Assembly (NCBI RefSeq): GCF_964355755.1
Contig: NC_092673.1
Coordinates: forward strand, 35,461,648 to 35,525,647
DNA length: 64,000 nt
Direction of reading: 5' to 3'
Origin: Antedon mediterranea
Lineage: Eukaryota; Animalia; Echinodermata
Shown here: positions 27,276 to 40,720 of the stretch, in pieces
How positions within the stretch are numbered: position 1 is the stretch's first letter
Layout: each line of letters starts with the position of its first letter
Notes under the pieces: generated by a model
What the model was told of the DNA's origin: nothing
Databases searched by the model: none
Seen by the model: only the letters and a program-made list of their open reading frames with translations
Made by a program: the position numbers and the translations under genes

Positions 27276-27614
27276 AAGAAACGGCCACTACTGGAAATTG
27301 GATTATACTTTGATATATGAAACAAAATTATAAGTCTCCACAACCAGCCCACCATGGTTGGGGCTGTAAATTTCATTTATATCTTAAAAGACCGCCCAGG
27401 ATTGACAAAGTGGAAAATTTCTATTTTTGTTTTTGTTGTTGTGTAAAAAAGGGCACCTGTACAATTTAGGGCCTTCCTCTTGGATCCGCCCTAAAAAAAT
27501 ATATTGTCATTGCTATAATATTAACAAATACCCTGTTTACATGGTTGAGTCATTCTTACTCGTATAAAATGTTCAATTTCAATTAAAAAAAATTAAAGCA
27601 AAATAATTTCTCAC

Positions 27615-28007
27615 CTATTTCCTTTATCTTTGTCATTGCAGATTTTAAATCCTGTTCTTCAATTTTAACACCAAGCAATTGGTGTTGAAATTCTTGCTGG
27701 AATTCCTCTGCTACTATTTTTGCCAAATCTCTTTGTAGCGTTTTATTGCAATACGCTTCCCAGAGGTTTTCTAATGCTTCAGAGTCATACGCAGTTAAAT
27801 ATAACACTAAAGATCCTGTTCCTACGTGTGTGAAATATAAATGAATACTCTTAAAGTAGGTAGTAAGAGTTTTCATAATACTATCACAGTGACGTCCAAT
27901 AACTGCTTTATTTTGTTTTTCCATGTTGGTAAAGAAGACCTCCAGAGCATGTGGGCGTTCCTTGTCATCAATTGATGATAGGTTCTTCATCAATAATAAT
28001 TGCACAC
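27615..28007 (-). CDS. Gene A exon: TRADD-N-like domain
   Basis: 393 nt, phase 1-1; motif GSLVLYLTAYDSEALENLWEAYCNKTLQRDL resembles the invertebrate TRADD-like N-terminal domain. Confidence 0.65.
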
Positions 28008-28176
28008 CTTAAAAGATAACATTATTAACATTACATTAACTAATTAACAATATATATACTTTTTTCATTTATAATACAAGAAAACAAATTAAAACAGTTT
28101 TTCTCAATATTTACGACTTGATGTATAAAATTCTGTATTACTTTATTTATTTTTCATTTTAATAAACAAATATTAC

Positions 28177-28515
28177 CTTGTAGTTCCTCATTAATGATTG
28201 TCTCCCAGTTTTCTACAAAGTTTTGCTGACTTTCGATAACAAATATTTGTGCTAAATTTTTAATAAGCTGTCCATTCAACTGTATGTCTTTTAATTTGGA
28301 TAAGGCAGATCGACTATCTGAAGCTAGAGAAAACACTAGCGACGTATTTGGATTCACTGCAGTTATCAAGTTGCTTAAACTGAGAGAGGGATTCACATTT
28401 TTGAAATGTTCACTTAGTTTTGTGAACATATCCTTGCAATATTTATTAACTTCTACAACCAAGTCTCCATCTACTTCTTCTTGATTAAATTTGATCTTTA
28501 GCTTAATTTCTGCAC
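28177..28515 (-). CDS. Gene A exon: divergent TRADD-N-like domain
   Basis: 339 nt, phase 1-1; SLVFSLASDSRSALSKLKDIQLNGQLIKNLAQI parallels the motif in the next exon. Confidence 0.55.
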
Positions 28516-28793
28516 CTTTGAACAAATTTTTTTTATTTTATTAAAAATGTTTTTAAAAACAAATTTACAAGTCAACAATAACAACATGACCATCTGCAGA
28601 TTATTCATGGGGTTGTTTTGGCCATTAGGCCTCAACTGCATAATGTATGCATATAGTAGTGGTGTAAGTTATAAAGAGGAAGCTGCGCTGAATTTTTGCT
28701 TGATATTGGCCGGGGATCATTGCAAAAAAAAATTTTTTTTTTTAAATGTTCATATTTTCCATAGCAATGTAGAAATAAATTGAAAATAATTAC

Positions 28794-29325
28794 CATTATC
28801 AAGTAGTAAATTTCTTGCTTTTTCCGGAAGAAGTTTTGCAAAGCGCTTTATTTTTTTTTCATCTTCTAAACGTAACTCTCTTTCCAGATAATAAACAACT
28901 GCCCAAATATTTGGTAAATTATCGGCAACGTTTCTCAATTTATAGCAAGAAATTATCTCATCTAACGTATCTTCTCTAACTTCCTTTAATGCCTTGAACA
29001 GTCGTTTTCGGTAAGGCGACAACATTTGTGTATTAGTATTTGGAATACCATGGTCTTTCATATACTGACTTACAAGATCAACAGCGTTCTGTAACTTTAA
29101 AAGTTTTGCTATGTCTAATAAAAGGCAAACATTATCAGTTGAGATAACACCATTTTCTTCAAGTGTATTAAATATATCGTTTGCTATAAAGTTTGGTTTA
29201 ATATCTCCGTGAGGGAGGATATTCAAAAGGCAGAATTTCAACATATCATACTTTTCACCTTTATAGTGTTTACCAAGTTCAGCCTTCAAGTCATCAAACT
29301 CATCATTCCTTTCATGAAATGCCAT
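28794..29325 (-). CDS. Gene A first coding exon: tandem DED-like domains
   Basis: tgcag|GAAA ATG GCA; MAFHERNDEFDDLKAELGK..MLKFCL..DIFNTLEENGVISTDNVCLLLDI; phase-1 donor G|gtaatt. Confidence 0.75.
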
Positions 29326-32129
29326 TTTCCTGCAAAATAACAAATATTATCTTCTATACATTTTTACACTGAAAAATTAATAAATAAATTAAGCATTGTA
29401 GTACAGTAGTAGCAGTATGGATCTAGACCTGTTGCAACTTAAAATTCTGTCACCCAGTCTCTATCCAGTAGCAATACCAAAAAACTTCAACCAATACAGA
29501 ATCGTGGGTAAGATCGACTTGTTTTCCAAGTTACTAAAACTGTAGCGTGTATATGTATGTGTGTAACTGTTTTAAGAAACTTCTCCTATCTTATATGGTA
29601 CTATTAAATTATTTTTTCAAGAGGCCCAGTATTAAGAAATAAGCTATACCAATACCTCTTCAAGAAATATCTGAAAACGCTATCATTTGTATTGTTTCCT
29701 GTTTTAGAATTTGTTGGTGTTGTTGTATTGTTAACTACAATAGTCAACTATGGAGGTGTAAACAAAGTTTATTTTATACCGCCTTATCTCAGTCCATCAA
29801 TAAATTACTACGAAAAACCCTAAAATCTATTCACTTTGCTCACTGATTCTACAGTATATTAAAAACTACCTGCGTGAGTATATAATTCATGTTACATATT
29901 ATGTTAGCAACGTTTCAATTTCCAAGTGCCAATAATCAATGCTTCTAGCACATTACACAACGCTGCTCTACCAAAGACTTCAACTTGATTACAATACAAG
30001 GTGTTGTTGCTATTCAAAATCCTAACACCTTAGAATTTATGTCACATAAGTCTTGCATGGCAAACTATTTTTGGAAAATTTAACTTAAATTTCAAAAATA
30101 GTTTGCCATTATAACAATTACTGTCGAGGGTCCAGAGAAATATATGAGTCGAGAATCGAAATATCACACGGTTATATGCTTCCTTTAAGTCTTTATTTAC
30201 CAATACCGTGATAGAGTTGATTAACTGTGAAACAATAAAAAATGACATAATAGTATGGTTAGCTATTATTTATAAAGTTCTTGGTTCTTAATTTAAAACT
30301 GGTTTAACATGACCTATTTAAACAATTGACAGAATGATAATATTAACATTGATCCATCAGCAACAACCGCAATTAATACAGTCTTCTATAATAATGCATA
30401 ATTGGTGTCCAGTATTAACATTACTATTATAATATGAGCATAAATATTAGCTATTCAAACAACAATTTAACCAAAAAACAAGCATATAAACTGTTATGCT
30501 TTCATAGAAGCAACAGGTATATCTCACTTATTAGTCCAGTCAAAAGTGTGACGCGTGAGGGCGCACTTTATTTTATGGAAGGCCATTTTGATTTGTACAT
30601 TTTTAAACACATATTTGTATTGTAAATATTTTAGTTTATACTTGGGTTTTCTTTATAAGTTATGTATTTTATTATACAATTTATTGTAAACTATATTAAA
30701 ATTATTGTATAAACTATTAATTTTGTAGGTTTTTAGCTTTGTTAATGTATTTTTTAACGGGCGCTAACACTGACAGCGTCTCGTAATTTCAGTCACGCTT
30801 CGTCGCATTCGCTGTACACAATAATACGACATGAGGCGGTTATAAATTGGGTTTAAAGTCTAATTTTCTCGTAAAATCCCAAGTTTTGCAAGACGCAACA
30901 TCAAGAAATGTTATTACCTATATACATAGAACCTACGGATGAAATTTTATTAGGGTACGTTCTTATACCATGGTGAGGGTGATTTTTGACTGGACTATAT
31001 GAGATGGTCCCTGAAAGTTAAAACAAAGTTATCTAGGCCTAGCCTACCAAAAGTACCAGCCATAAATAACATCTCAAATAACACAACAAAATGACTATAT
31101 TCGATAAGAGAATTGAGCTTACCGAATTCTGTAAACTTTCCCTGGCTTATGGTTCAGTAATTTATACAAAAACTTTCTAAAATCTCTCTCTATTTATCTC
31201 TTATAATCTCCAACTAACTTCTTAAATCCTGTCTTCTTTCCTTTTCACACAAAAAAGGCATGTTACCATGCAACCTCCTCATAGATCATATTATAATAGG
31301 TTGCCACAGAAAACCAAATATTTTGCCCAATATTAATTAAACTAGAAGCAATGGCTTCTACAATAACTAACATAAACAAGAATATTTCTTACAAAAAACG
31401 CTGCTTGCTTATTGTTATTGCTAAGGTCAAGTCTGGGGGTCACTTCATCACGCCTAGATACTTCAAGTATCCTATTACAAACAAAAACTTCAATGGACTG
31501 TTTTGATTTCAATCAATCAATCAATTCAATGATTATCTGACAGAGAATTATATCATGGGACTCATAAATACCAGAATGCTTTGGGATTTGTCATTAGACT
31601 CTTTTCTCAGCCGTTTTTGGATTCAACAGGTGGTACCAATAAATTATAGTGGAGTTTCCATTTTAACAAAAATGTCAAAGTGTAGTATAAAGCTGCTTGA
31701 TTTCATCTAATGAATGAGTCATCTCGTGTGACGTAGCGGGCTAGAGCAGCAGCGTGAAAATAAATGCTACAGTAGTACAGGACTACATAACATTGTTATT
31801 TCACCAGATTGTATGTATTCCATATACTTCTGGATTTATTTTACACTGCTGGACATGATAAAACTAAATTGTGTTACTACTACTAAACATTAATTAAAGT
31901 ATATCAAAACAAAAAACATAAAAAATCAAGATGAATCAAATCAAACTTTCAATCGTGTCATTTTATAGTTAATATTCACTTTTGACCAACAAAAAAATTA
32001 TGACAATAATGATTTTGCTTATAAAAATACAAGATAAACAGTTAAATTTAACCAATAATTGACTGCCTCGGTTTTAATCTTTGGAGTCCTATGTAAAACC
32101 AAGGCAATCAAACAACTGGGCGCTAAAGC

Positions 32130-32320
32130 TCGTTTCCCAAGAGAGGCTATCATAACAGACTTTGATTTGCGTTTAGGCTTCGAACAACAGAACTGATCTC
32201 GCTTGCCAAGATAGGCTATCATAACAGACTTTGATTTGCGTTTAGGCTTTAAACAACAGAACTGATCTCGCTTGCCAAGATAGGTTATTGTAACAGACTT
32301 TGATCCTCGTTTAGGTTTCG
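32130..32320. repeat. 60-bp tandem repeat, ~3 copies
   Basis: ggctatcataacagactttgatttgcgtttaggc repeated. Confidence 0.8.
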
Positions 32321-32785
32321 ACAAATTCAATTCATACAAAGCCGTCAAATTCTAGGCTATGTACACCATACGTTGAATTGTTTGTATTGCTATTTAATTG
32401 TATTTTAGTACTTTAAAAAGTTCTATGTGTCTGATTTGTTTACAAATATGAAGTTTAAAAAGGCATCTAATTTTAAAAATTAATTTGATCGAAGTAGACA
32501 CCAAATTTCAGATTTAACACTTCTTTTACGTTTTTTTGGTTTTTTTTCGTGAATTGAAATTATGTGTACTGTTAAATTTCATATGCATGTTTCCCATTCT
32601 ACTTAATTCTACCATTGATTAATTTATATTAAAAGTGGGAAGGGTTTTGAAATCAAGGCTATAATGTACAGGAATATGGTACTGTTTTGGTACTACTACT
32701 ACTAGTCCGGTGGCAGGAGGGGGAATCACCACCCGAAAGGGGGAATCACCACCCGAAAGGGGGAATCACCACCCGAAAGGGGGAA

Positions 32786-35773
32786 TCACCACCCGAAAGG
32801 GGATAAATTGCCATCCAACTTTTCTAGACTAGAATTTTCCGTAGATTACGAATATGGAAGGTAATCGATCAGGATAGGAAGCGTTTTCGAGATATAAGGG
32901 GTCAAAGTTCAAAATTTACTGAATTACAACAATGTATTATGTATATGTATTATAACAAATTTATTGAAGCACAATTTGGTCTTTTATTACATTTTTATGA
33001 TTATAAGTGTCTATTCAATTACCTTATGGAAAAAAAATCCTTTGTGATTAAGGGTCAAATGTCAATATTGACCAATCATAGAACGTACCTATAAAACCAA
33101 ATAAAAACTAATATTTAATAAAAATTGGATGTTTTCTCATCCTGTTAATCAATCATACGCAATGTAAAAGAGCGAATACATCATTTCATCAGTTGACATA
33201 AGGTAAATTTCATCACTTGACATAAGGTCAAAGGTCAACATTTTAATACGCGTATTAGTTAACAAATAAATGCAAAGCTGTCCAAACTATTGATGGTTTT
33301 ACAAGTAATCAAATTATTTGATTAGTAAAGTTATGTTATTTCATTATAATACTGTTTTTAATCAAATCAGACTTCGATCAGGATAGGAAGCAAATAGGAA
33401 GAGATAAGGGGTCAAAGTTCAAAATTGACCAATTATAACAATGTATTATATACATATGTATTATAACCAATTTATTAAAGTTCAATTTGGTCTTTTAATA
33501 CATCTGTATGGTTATAGGTATTGTATGGTGTTATTCAGTCGCCTTATAAAACAAATACTTTGCAATTAAAGGTCAAATGTCAATATTGACCAATCACACA
33601 ATTTGCATTTAAAACCAAATAAAAACTAACATTTAAGACAAAATGTTATGTTTTATCATTCTGTTAAGACATCTATCAATCATACACAATCAAAAGAGCA
33701 CATTTATCATTACACAAGTTCACATGGGTCAAAGGTCAACATTTTAACAAATGATATACGGTACTAAATAATGCAAATTTAATCAAACTATGAGATCGAT
33801 GTTCATAAAGGTAATCACGTTATTTGATCAGTGAAGTTATGGTATTTTTATATTTTTTCTAGTGCGCATTATTTTTAATGTATTAATATAATACTGTAAA
33901 ATAAATAATATAATTATTATTATGACGATTAAAATGTTTAGTTATGATGTTAAAATGCTGCGCTGACCTTCAATGATTTGCCACTAAACAGTTGCATTTA
34001 TTAGGGCTACAATATTCGTTTTTGGAAAATAAACTATTCATCAGAACCAGAGAATACCAATTCGTACAGGATAGGGCATAGGCAGATCCAGGTGGCCAAA
34101 CTCAATCCACAACTCACTACACAGACAGACCACAATTTTTATATAGTTTGGCCCATACAGGAAGGATACAAAGGATTCTAAAATAAACCATATGGATTTG
34201 CCCGAATGAACCCTCTAAGGACCCTTTTGGGATCTCTATGTGGTGTGCTTCTACTAAAGGCCCTGTATTAGAAATTAATATTGTGCACCCTCAATCTTTA
34301 AATAACATTTATGGATTTGCCCAAATGAACCCAAGGGCCGATCCTTCATGGAAATTTCGGGGTTCTCTATGTGGGGCTACAAGAGACCCTATATTGGAAA
34401 TAATGTATGTGTGGTGAAAATGTGGGTTCATAGAGATATAATAAATATCCCTGTGCACCCTCGATCATCCATAAGGAATACATTTTATGCATTTGCCCAA
34501 ATTAACCCAAGGGCCGGTCGTTCTCCATGGATGGACATTAAGCTCCATAATGGAAATATAAGGGGTGACACTGTGAGTTCTTATAGACAGGCGTGGCCCA
34601 TGAATTAAGCTGCCTGTGCACTCTCGATCCTTAAGAATAATTTATGGATTTGCCCAAATTAACCCAAGGGCCGGTCCTCCATGGACATTAAGCCCCATAA
34701 TGGAAATATAATGGGTGACACTGTAGGTTTATATAGACAGGCAGAACCATGGAATAAAGCTGCCCGTGCACTCTCGATCCATAAGGAACACTTATGGATT
34801 TGTCCAAATTAACCCAAGGGCCGGTCCTCCATGTATGGACATTAAGCCCCATAATGGAAATATAATGGGTGACACTGTGGGTTTATATAGACAGGCACAT
34901 GGAATAAAGCTGCTCGATCCTTAAGGAACCGATTTGGATTTTGCCTAAAATGAAACAACAGCAGGTCATCTATTTAGACCCTTCTGTGGTTCTCTACTGT
35001 ATGAATGTAGTTCTACATTTGGCTCCTGTATCGGATCAATGCATTTGGCTACATAAGTTACTGTGTTAGAAATATATCGGGTAACTAAAACTGTAGGTTC
35101 CATTATTAAGCCATGGGAAAAGCCTGTCTGTGCACCCTCAATCCTTTTAAAAGGAACCCATATGGATTTGCCAAAATGAACCAAGGGTAACTTCTGAATT
35201 CTCTATGAGCCGTACATTCCGTTTATTGGAGATACATGGATACCTGATTGAAATTGCTCAAAAGAAAGACATTGTACTGTATAGTAATAGTATTATTCCC
35301 CTTCCACACCTCTTTGAATTAAATCCGCCCTGATAGGCTCTTATGTACAGGATTTCAATGCAATAATCACACTTGTATTTTTCAAACAGTATAATCTATT
35401 AGATTGAATAAAAATATCTATTATAAACAATTTGCCGTTAGAAATCTCTATGCCATGTCATTATTTAGATGAGAACAACAGGTCAAAGGTTAAAATTACA
35501 GAAAAATAGGTGTTTCAGTCACTTTTTGAAAAAAATGTTGCATTATGGCACGTATAAACATATACATTGTGAACAATTTGACACCAAAATTATCTCACTA
35601 CGTCCAGAATTTCCAGAGATATAGCATGTTTTTATATTGGTCAATTTTGAACTTTGACCCCTTATATCTCGAAAACGCTTCCTATCCTGATCGATTACCT
35701 TCCATATTCGTAATCTACGGAAAATTCTGGTCTAGAAAAGTTGAATGGCAATTTGTCCCCTTTCGGGTGGTGA
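32786..35773. mobile_element. ~3-kb non-autonomous DNA transposon with ~135-bp terminal inverted repeats
   Basis: tcaccacccgaaagggga...ggggtcaaagttcaaaatt at 32786-32920 is the reverse complement of 35640-35773; internal duplications; no transposase ORF. Confidence 0.75.
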
Positions 35774-36114
35774 AGCTGACAGCGCGCGAATCTTTGACAT
35801 TTGTTATTGGTTCAGTTATTATGGTTAAGCATGCCTCCGTCTCTATTGCTATCATATTAATCTATTTTATAATATCAGGGACCCCTGAAAATATCAGATA
35901 TGATCAGTATTCATACTTTGACAATTTAATATCTACGTCGTCAGTAATAATTATTATTATAATGTATTCTATATTAAAAAATCGGAAAATGGTTTTCATT
36001 AGAGCCCTGCTTATTACTTAAGTAAAATTGTAGTAATGGGGCTATATAATATTTTGTCGTTTAAAATATTATTTATTAATCTTATAAAATGTATATACTT
36101 TATTTTAAAATTAA

Positions 36115-36429
36115 AGATGTATTGTCTCCCAAAATCATGACTTTGAATAGGCCATTATACAGTTTTAATGAAGTTGTTCACTTTAAGAAAAAAGAACGGG
36201 GAAAAAAATTATTTCACCTATAAAAAGACAAAATAAACAGTTAAATTACCCAAAAACTCATTGGCTTCCAGACAATTTGACCATTTTTTGCTTTAAATTA
36301 CAGTTTTTCAGGTAAATAATTTTTTTTCAGACCCAATTTTTTGTGAAAGTGAATAACTATTATGTGACATTAAAATAACATATTCAACAAAAAGATTTAA
36401 AAAAAAAACATTTTTTCAGGGGACAATCT
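36115..36429. mobile_element. MITE with TTAA flanks (same family as 57818..58364)
   Basis: ttaa|agatgtattgtctccc...ggggacaatct|ttaa. Confidence 0.6.
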
Positions 36430-36849
36430 TTAAGATAATAATAATCATTGCAGAAATAATGATGCTGAAAGCTGTCCGTTATTTGAAGAAAAAAAAAAAC
36501 ATTTACAGAACTGACTACAAAAGATTACTCACGTTAGTTTTATTATAACAGTCATCCACCCTGCGAAACCTAATAACCTCTAACCTACAGTAGTAAGTAG
36601 GCCAGGTAGCCTACATTGGCTAGGTTACAGGACTGATTGCCCATAAAACATTCCATGTATAAATATCAACACCCCCCAGACAGTGTAATAATGACCTTTC
36701 CAGACCGAAAACCATTCTGGTTTGACTGAGGGTCTGGGCTTCTCCAAGATTAGGCAAGTTGTCAAGGACCTCTTCAGGTAAAGCTTCAATAATGTGGCTA
36801 TTCGATTCGATTCGAACATTCGATGTATAAATATGGAGAAATTGTAGGT

Positions 36850-37365
36850 TTATGAACGGCGGCAGGGCACTTTTATCTTTATACAAATCTATTATACGTC
36901 CTCACCTTGAATATTGTTCCGTAATTTTCAATTCAATTTCTCCATGTCAGGCCCGTCGAATCGACACTGTTCAATGGAAGTTTGTACGATTCCTGTCTTA
37001 TAACTGTGTTAATTTTGCCTTTTCCATTGATTCTGTCAGCAATCGTCGAACGATATCTGATATGGTTTTTCTATATAATATTTTAAATTCTAAATATGAC
37101 TGTTCATTAATTTCACTATTTAGTTTAAATGTTCCTGGTCGTACACGAAATAGACATTTATTGCATATTCCTTTTAGCCGTGTCGACTGTACTAAGAGGG
37201 GACTTTTTCATAGACTACCTTATACATTTAATAATCTAAATAGCAATCATATCGATATTTTTAATGATAGACTTGGTTATTTTAAGAGGACGATTATGTG
37301 TTCACTTCTTGAACAGCCTGCATAACCTGTTTGATTAATTGAAATTGTTTATGGCATGCCGATCT

Positions 37366-37396
<31 letters not shown>

Positions 37397-37520
37397 TTTA
37401 TCTGTATTTTATTGTTAACCGTTTTTGATGTTGTATTGTTTTATGTTTCAAACCTGTTAGTGGCGGTATTTATCGCTGTTGGTTTTGACTGAATAAAATA
37501 TAAAAATATAAAATATAAAG
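36850..37520 (+). mobile_element. 5'-truncated LINE (CR1/L2/Jockey-type ORF2 C-terminus + 3' tail)
   Basis: ORF 36852..37325 LYKSIIRPHLEYCSVIFN; A-rich tail. Confidence 0.8.
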
Positions 37521-38639
37521 TATAAATATCAACACCCCAGACATTGTAATAATGACCTTTCCAGACCGAAAACCATTCTGCCCGAAATTACGATACTCTC
37601 TCGATACAACTCCATATTTTATTAGTGGAAAATGCATTTTTATTTAACATCAATCTTATCAAGCCAGCCAAAGACTGAATACGTACATTAAAAGTACAAA
37701 GAACAATGTAAACCTATAAACAATTATTTGCAATTAGCAATGTATAATAAATAAAATCAACCATGAAGTTGTAAAATAAGCATAGAAACATAACATTTAT
37801 ATCTAGCATTTTTAACATTATTATATTCAAACAACCGCATCGGAATCTGTTTTCAATTTAAATCGTTTGATTCGTGAGTCGAGGTAAAGAAAGTGCTTTA
37901 CCATTTTTCTTTCAAAAGCATAGGCCTATAGCAAACAAGGCCAACCGCGTGCAGTTCAAAGAGTACAGAAAACGCGATAAAACGCAAAGTGATACCGGAC
38001 CGACGCTTTCACGCAACTAAAAACAAAAGTAAATATAAAACCTAACTAGATAGAAAAACTAAAAACAGTTAATTTAAATATAGAATCATATAAACATATA
38101 CAGATACAAAATTTACATATTTGTAACAAAACATATTTTAAATTTAATACAGACCACATAAATAAATCGAGATAGAATTTTTGTAGAAGGTAAGTTTGCG
38201 TTTGCTGGGTTTTACAAAATAATGCTAATACACGTCGCGTCCACACAAATGGTGCACGTGTAATACGTATCAACAAACCTAACCCTTGGAAGGTTTTAAA
38301 CAATATACTGTACTTCAAAAAGTCACCCGAGTGCAGGGAGTTGTAATTACAACTCCCTGGTGTTAGGAAGTGTAGGGGTGGGTGAGTATTACGGAGATAC
38401 TAGACTTATGTGGGTAATGATTGGTATCAAAGTGATCAGAATTGTACTGGGAATGTTTTAAATAACATTTTGAAACCCGTCCTTGGGCAGGTATACTTGC
38501 AAGTAATAATAAGGGGCTATCAAAGTTAGGTTTTTGATCGTAGGCCTATAACTGTCAATCTTCGAGTTTCCAATAACAACCCCGCCTTCTAATTTAAATG
38601 TTAAAACGTTTTGACCCACGCTTGAGTAGGCTCGGCTAA

Positions 38640-39205
38640 CAAAATTCATTTTGTCGCGACAAAATGAATTTTGTTGCAACAAAATGAATTTTGTCTACAC
38701 AGAATGAATTTTGTCTACACAGAATGAATTTTGTCTACACAGAATAAATTTTGTCTACACAGAATACATTTTGTCACCACAAAATGAATTTTGTCCACAC
38801 AGAATTATTTTTGTCTACACAGAAATAATTTTGTCCACACAGAATTAATTTTGTCTACACAAAATGAATTTTGTCTACACAGAATAAATTTTGTCTACAC
38901 AGAATACATTTTGTCACCACAAAATGAATTTTGTCCACACAGAATTATTTTTGTCTACACAGAAATAATTTTGTCCACACAGAATTAATTTTGTCGCCAC
39001 AAAATGAATTTTGTCGTTACAGAATGAATTTTGTTTTAACAGAATTAATTTTGTCGAGACAAAATGAATTTTGTCAAGACAAAATTAATTTTGTCCACAC
39101 AGAATAAATTTTGTCAACACAAAATGAATTTTGTCAATACAAAAAGAATTTTGTGTTGACAAAATTAATTATGTGTAGACAAAATTGTAATATTTCGACA
39201 AAATT
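38640..39205. repeat. ~20-bp tandem repeat (attttgtctacacagaatga) with inverted copies at the end
   Basis: About 27 copies. Confidence 0.9.
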
Positions 39206-39672
39206 AGCAATGTCCCATACGGCGCCCCGTAGTACACAGCATCTTGCTTGAACATTCCATGAAACAAAATTACATTCATATAAATACAGTACACAAACAT
39301 TAAATAATTATAGAAAAAAATGTATTTATTTCAACAATATTTTATGAGGATGGTCCACAATTAAATAATTTATTGTAATTAAAATAAATAACTAGACGAC
39401 TTATAGGTGATCATTGATTGATTTTGAAGATAAAACAAAATTAATTTAACTAACGTGTACAAGTAAATACACTATTACTACCTAGGGCCAGTGGGCCACG
39501 AGCTGAACAAATTTGGAATTTGTAGCCTACTCTGTGGAGACTTCCCACCGGCTAGATAATAAGACGTAAATCACTGTGCTCAGCCTAAACTGGTAACAGG
39601 CCTATAAGTAGGCTAGTATTCAATTTTAGGGACATATTTATTACAAGTTTAAAAGTACACTACTGTACATAC

Positions 39673-39870
39673 CTGAAAACCTTCCGGAAAGTATTGGAAA
39701 AGAACAAGTTGTATTACATGGCGGCGGTCCTGTTTTCCTCGTGTGTTTCTCGTTTCACCACTACCAGGTCAGCGTCGTGGTAATAAAAAAGCCCTGGAAA
39801 TGGGAATTCCCCTTTCTGGAATGACGTCATTGAACATCTTGCTTGATGGTGCCCCCAATCGTATCTTCTG
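39673..39870 (-). promoter_or_regulatory. Putative promoter/first non-coding exon of gene A with NF-kB site (GGGAATTCCC, 39802-39811) and CRE (TGACGTCA, 39822-39829)
   Basis: Perfect consensus palindromes 10 bp apart; donor cag|gtatgt at 39672; block conserved at 59020-59237. Confidence 0.55.
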
Positions 39871-40554
39871 TAGTTTATAATCACATTAAAATATTATTAG
39901 TCCTACAGTCAAAACATTTTTTGGGCGCTGTATTCAACAGAAATCTTTTTACGTAATTGGAATGTCTGAACATTGAGAAATTATTTTATACCTCTACCTC
40001 TCTTGCAAAATGTTTTATCCCGACTTCTGTACTCGCTTGTCCCTGAACATTTAGTACAGTAACTTGCAAAAACAAAGTAGAAACAAAGAGACATTTTTTA
40101 CATCAAGAGCAGTTGAGGATTGGAACTCACTTCATCAAAATGTTGTTTGCGCTTCTTCCATATAAAATCTGGGTTAGAAAAAATCTGGTCTGAAGAGTTT
40201 CAAGAATGATCAGGAGGGACTAAACGATAATAGTACTAGTTCAAGGTAATTTGGAGGTATACTATTATATATATTATTATATCATTACACAACTATAAAG
40301 TGGTAAACAAACATGGCATGCTTGACACTGAGTATATTTTATTTAACATACAGTAAAAGATAGTAGATCAATTTCAATCAATATCTAACATTATGTGGTG
40401 CAAAGTGTACAAAATCAGATATCCAACTTTGGATTATAAATTTTATATATTTTATTAACTTAACACAGAGTAAATTTTATATTTTCTGTACCTCTCCATT
40501 CAAAATTGCACAATATATATACTTATATATAATATAAACACATCAGGCATAGAG

Positions 40555-40720
40555 CATTAATTCTAAACCACCTGGTGATATACTGAAATTTAATTAATTA
40601 ATTTGAAACAATAAAGATGAGGAAATCTGTGAGAATGAGAAAGCGTCGCCTCAACCCAGACTCGAACACGGAACCTTCTGCTTGATATGCAGATGTTCTA
40701 ACCATTAGACCACTGGGTTC
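40555..40720 (-). mobile_element. tRNA-derived SINE-like repeat
   Basis: Minus strand has A-box TGGTCTAATGG, stem-loop tctgc-atatcaa-gcaga and B-box-like GTTCGAGTC; related copies at ~52390-52497 and ~53275-53380. Confidence 0.6.

Noticed and set aside
31122-31260. Possible additional 5' UTR exon of gene A (minus-strand donor g|gtaag at ~31121)
   Set aside because: Only a donor-like motif; cannot be supported without transcripts
32019-32348. 109-aa ORF with repeated KPKRKSKSVMIAYLGKRDQFCC (neuropeptide-like GKR sites)
   Set aside because: Arises from a 60-bp tandem repeat; no signal peptide or splice support
35545-36021. 158-aa hydrophobic ORF
   Set aside because: Spans a transposon TIR and AT-rich flank; no recognisable motifs
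40650-40720. tRNA-like cloverleaf on the minus strand
   Set aside because: Imperfect T and acceptor stems, and several diverged copies share a common body; treated as a SINE head, not a tRNA gene
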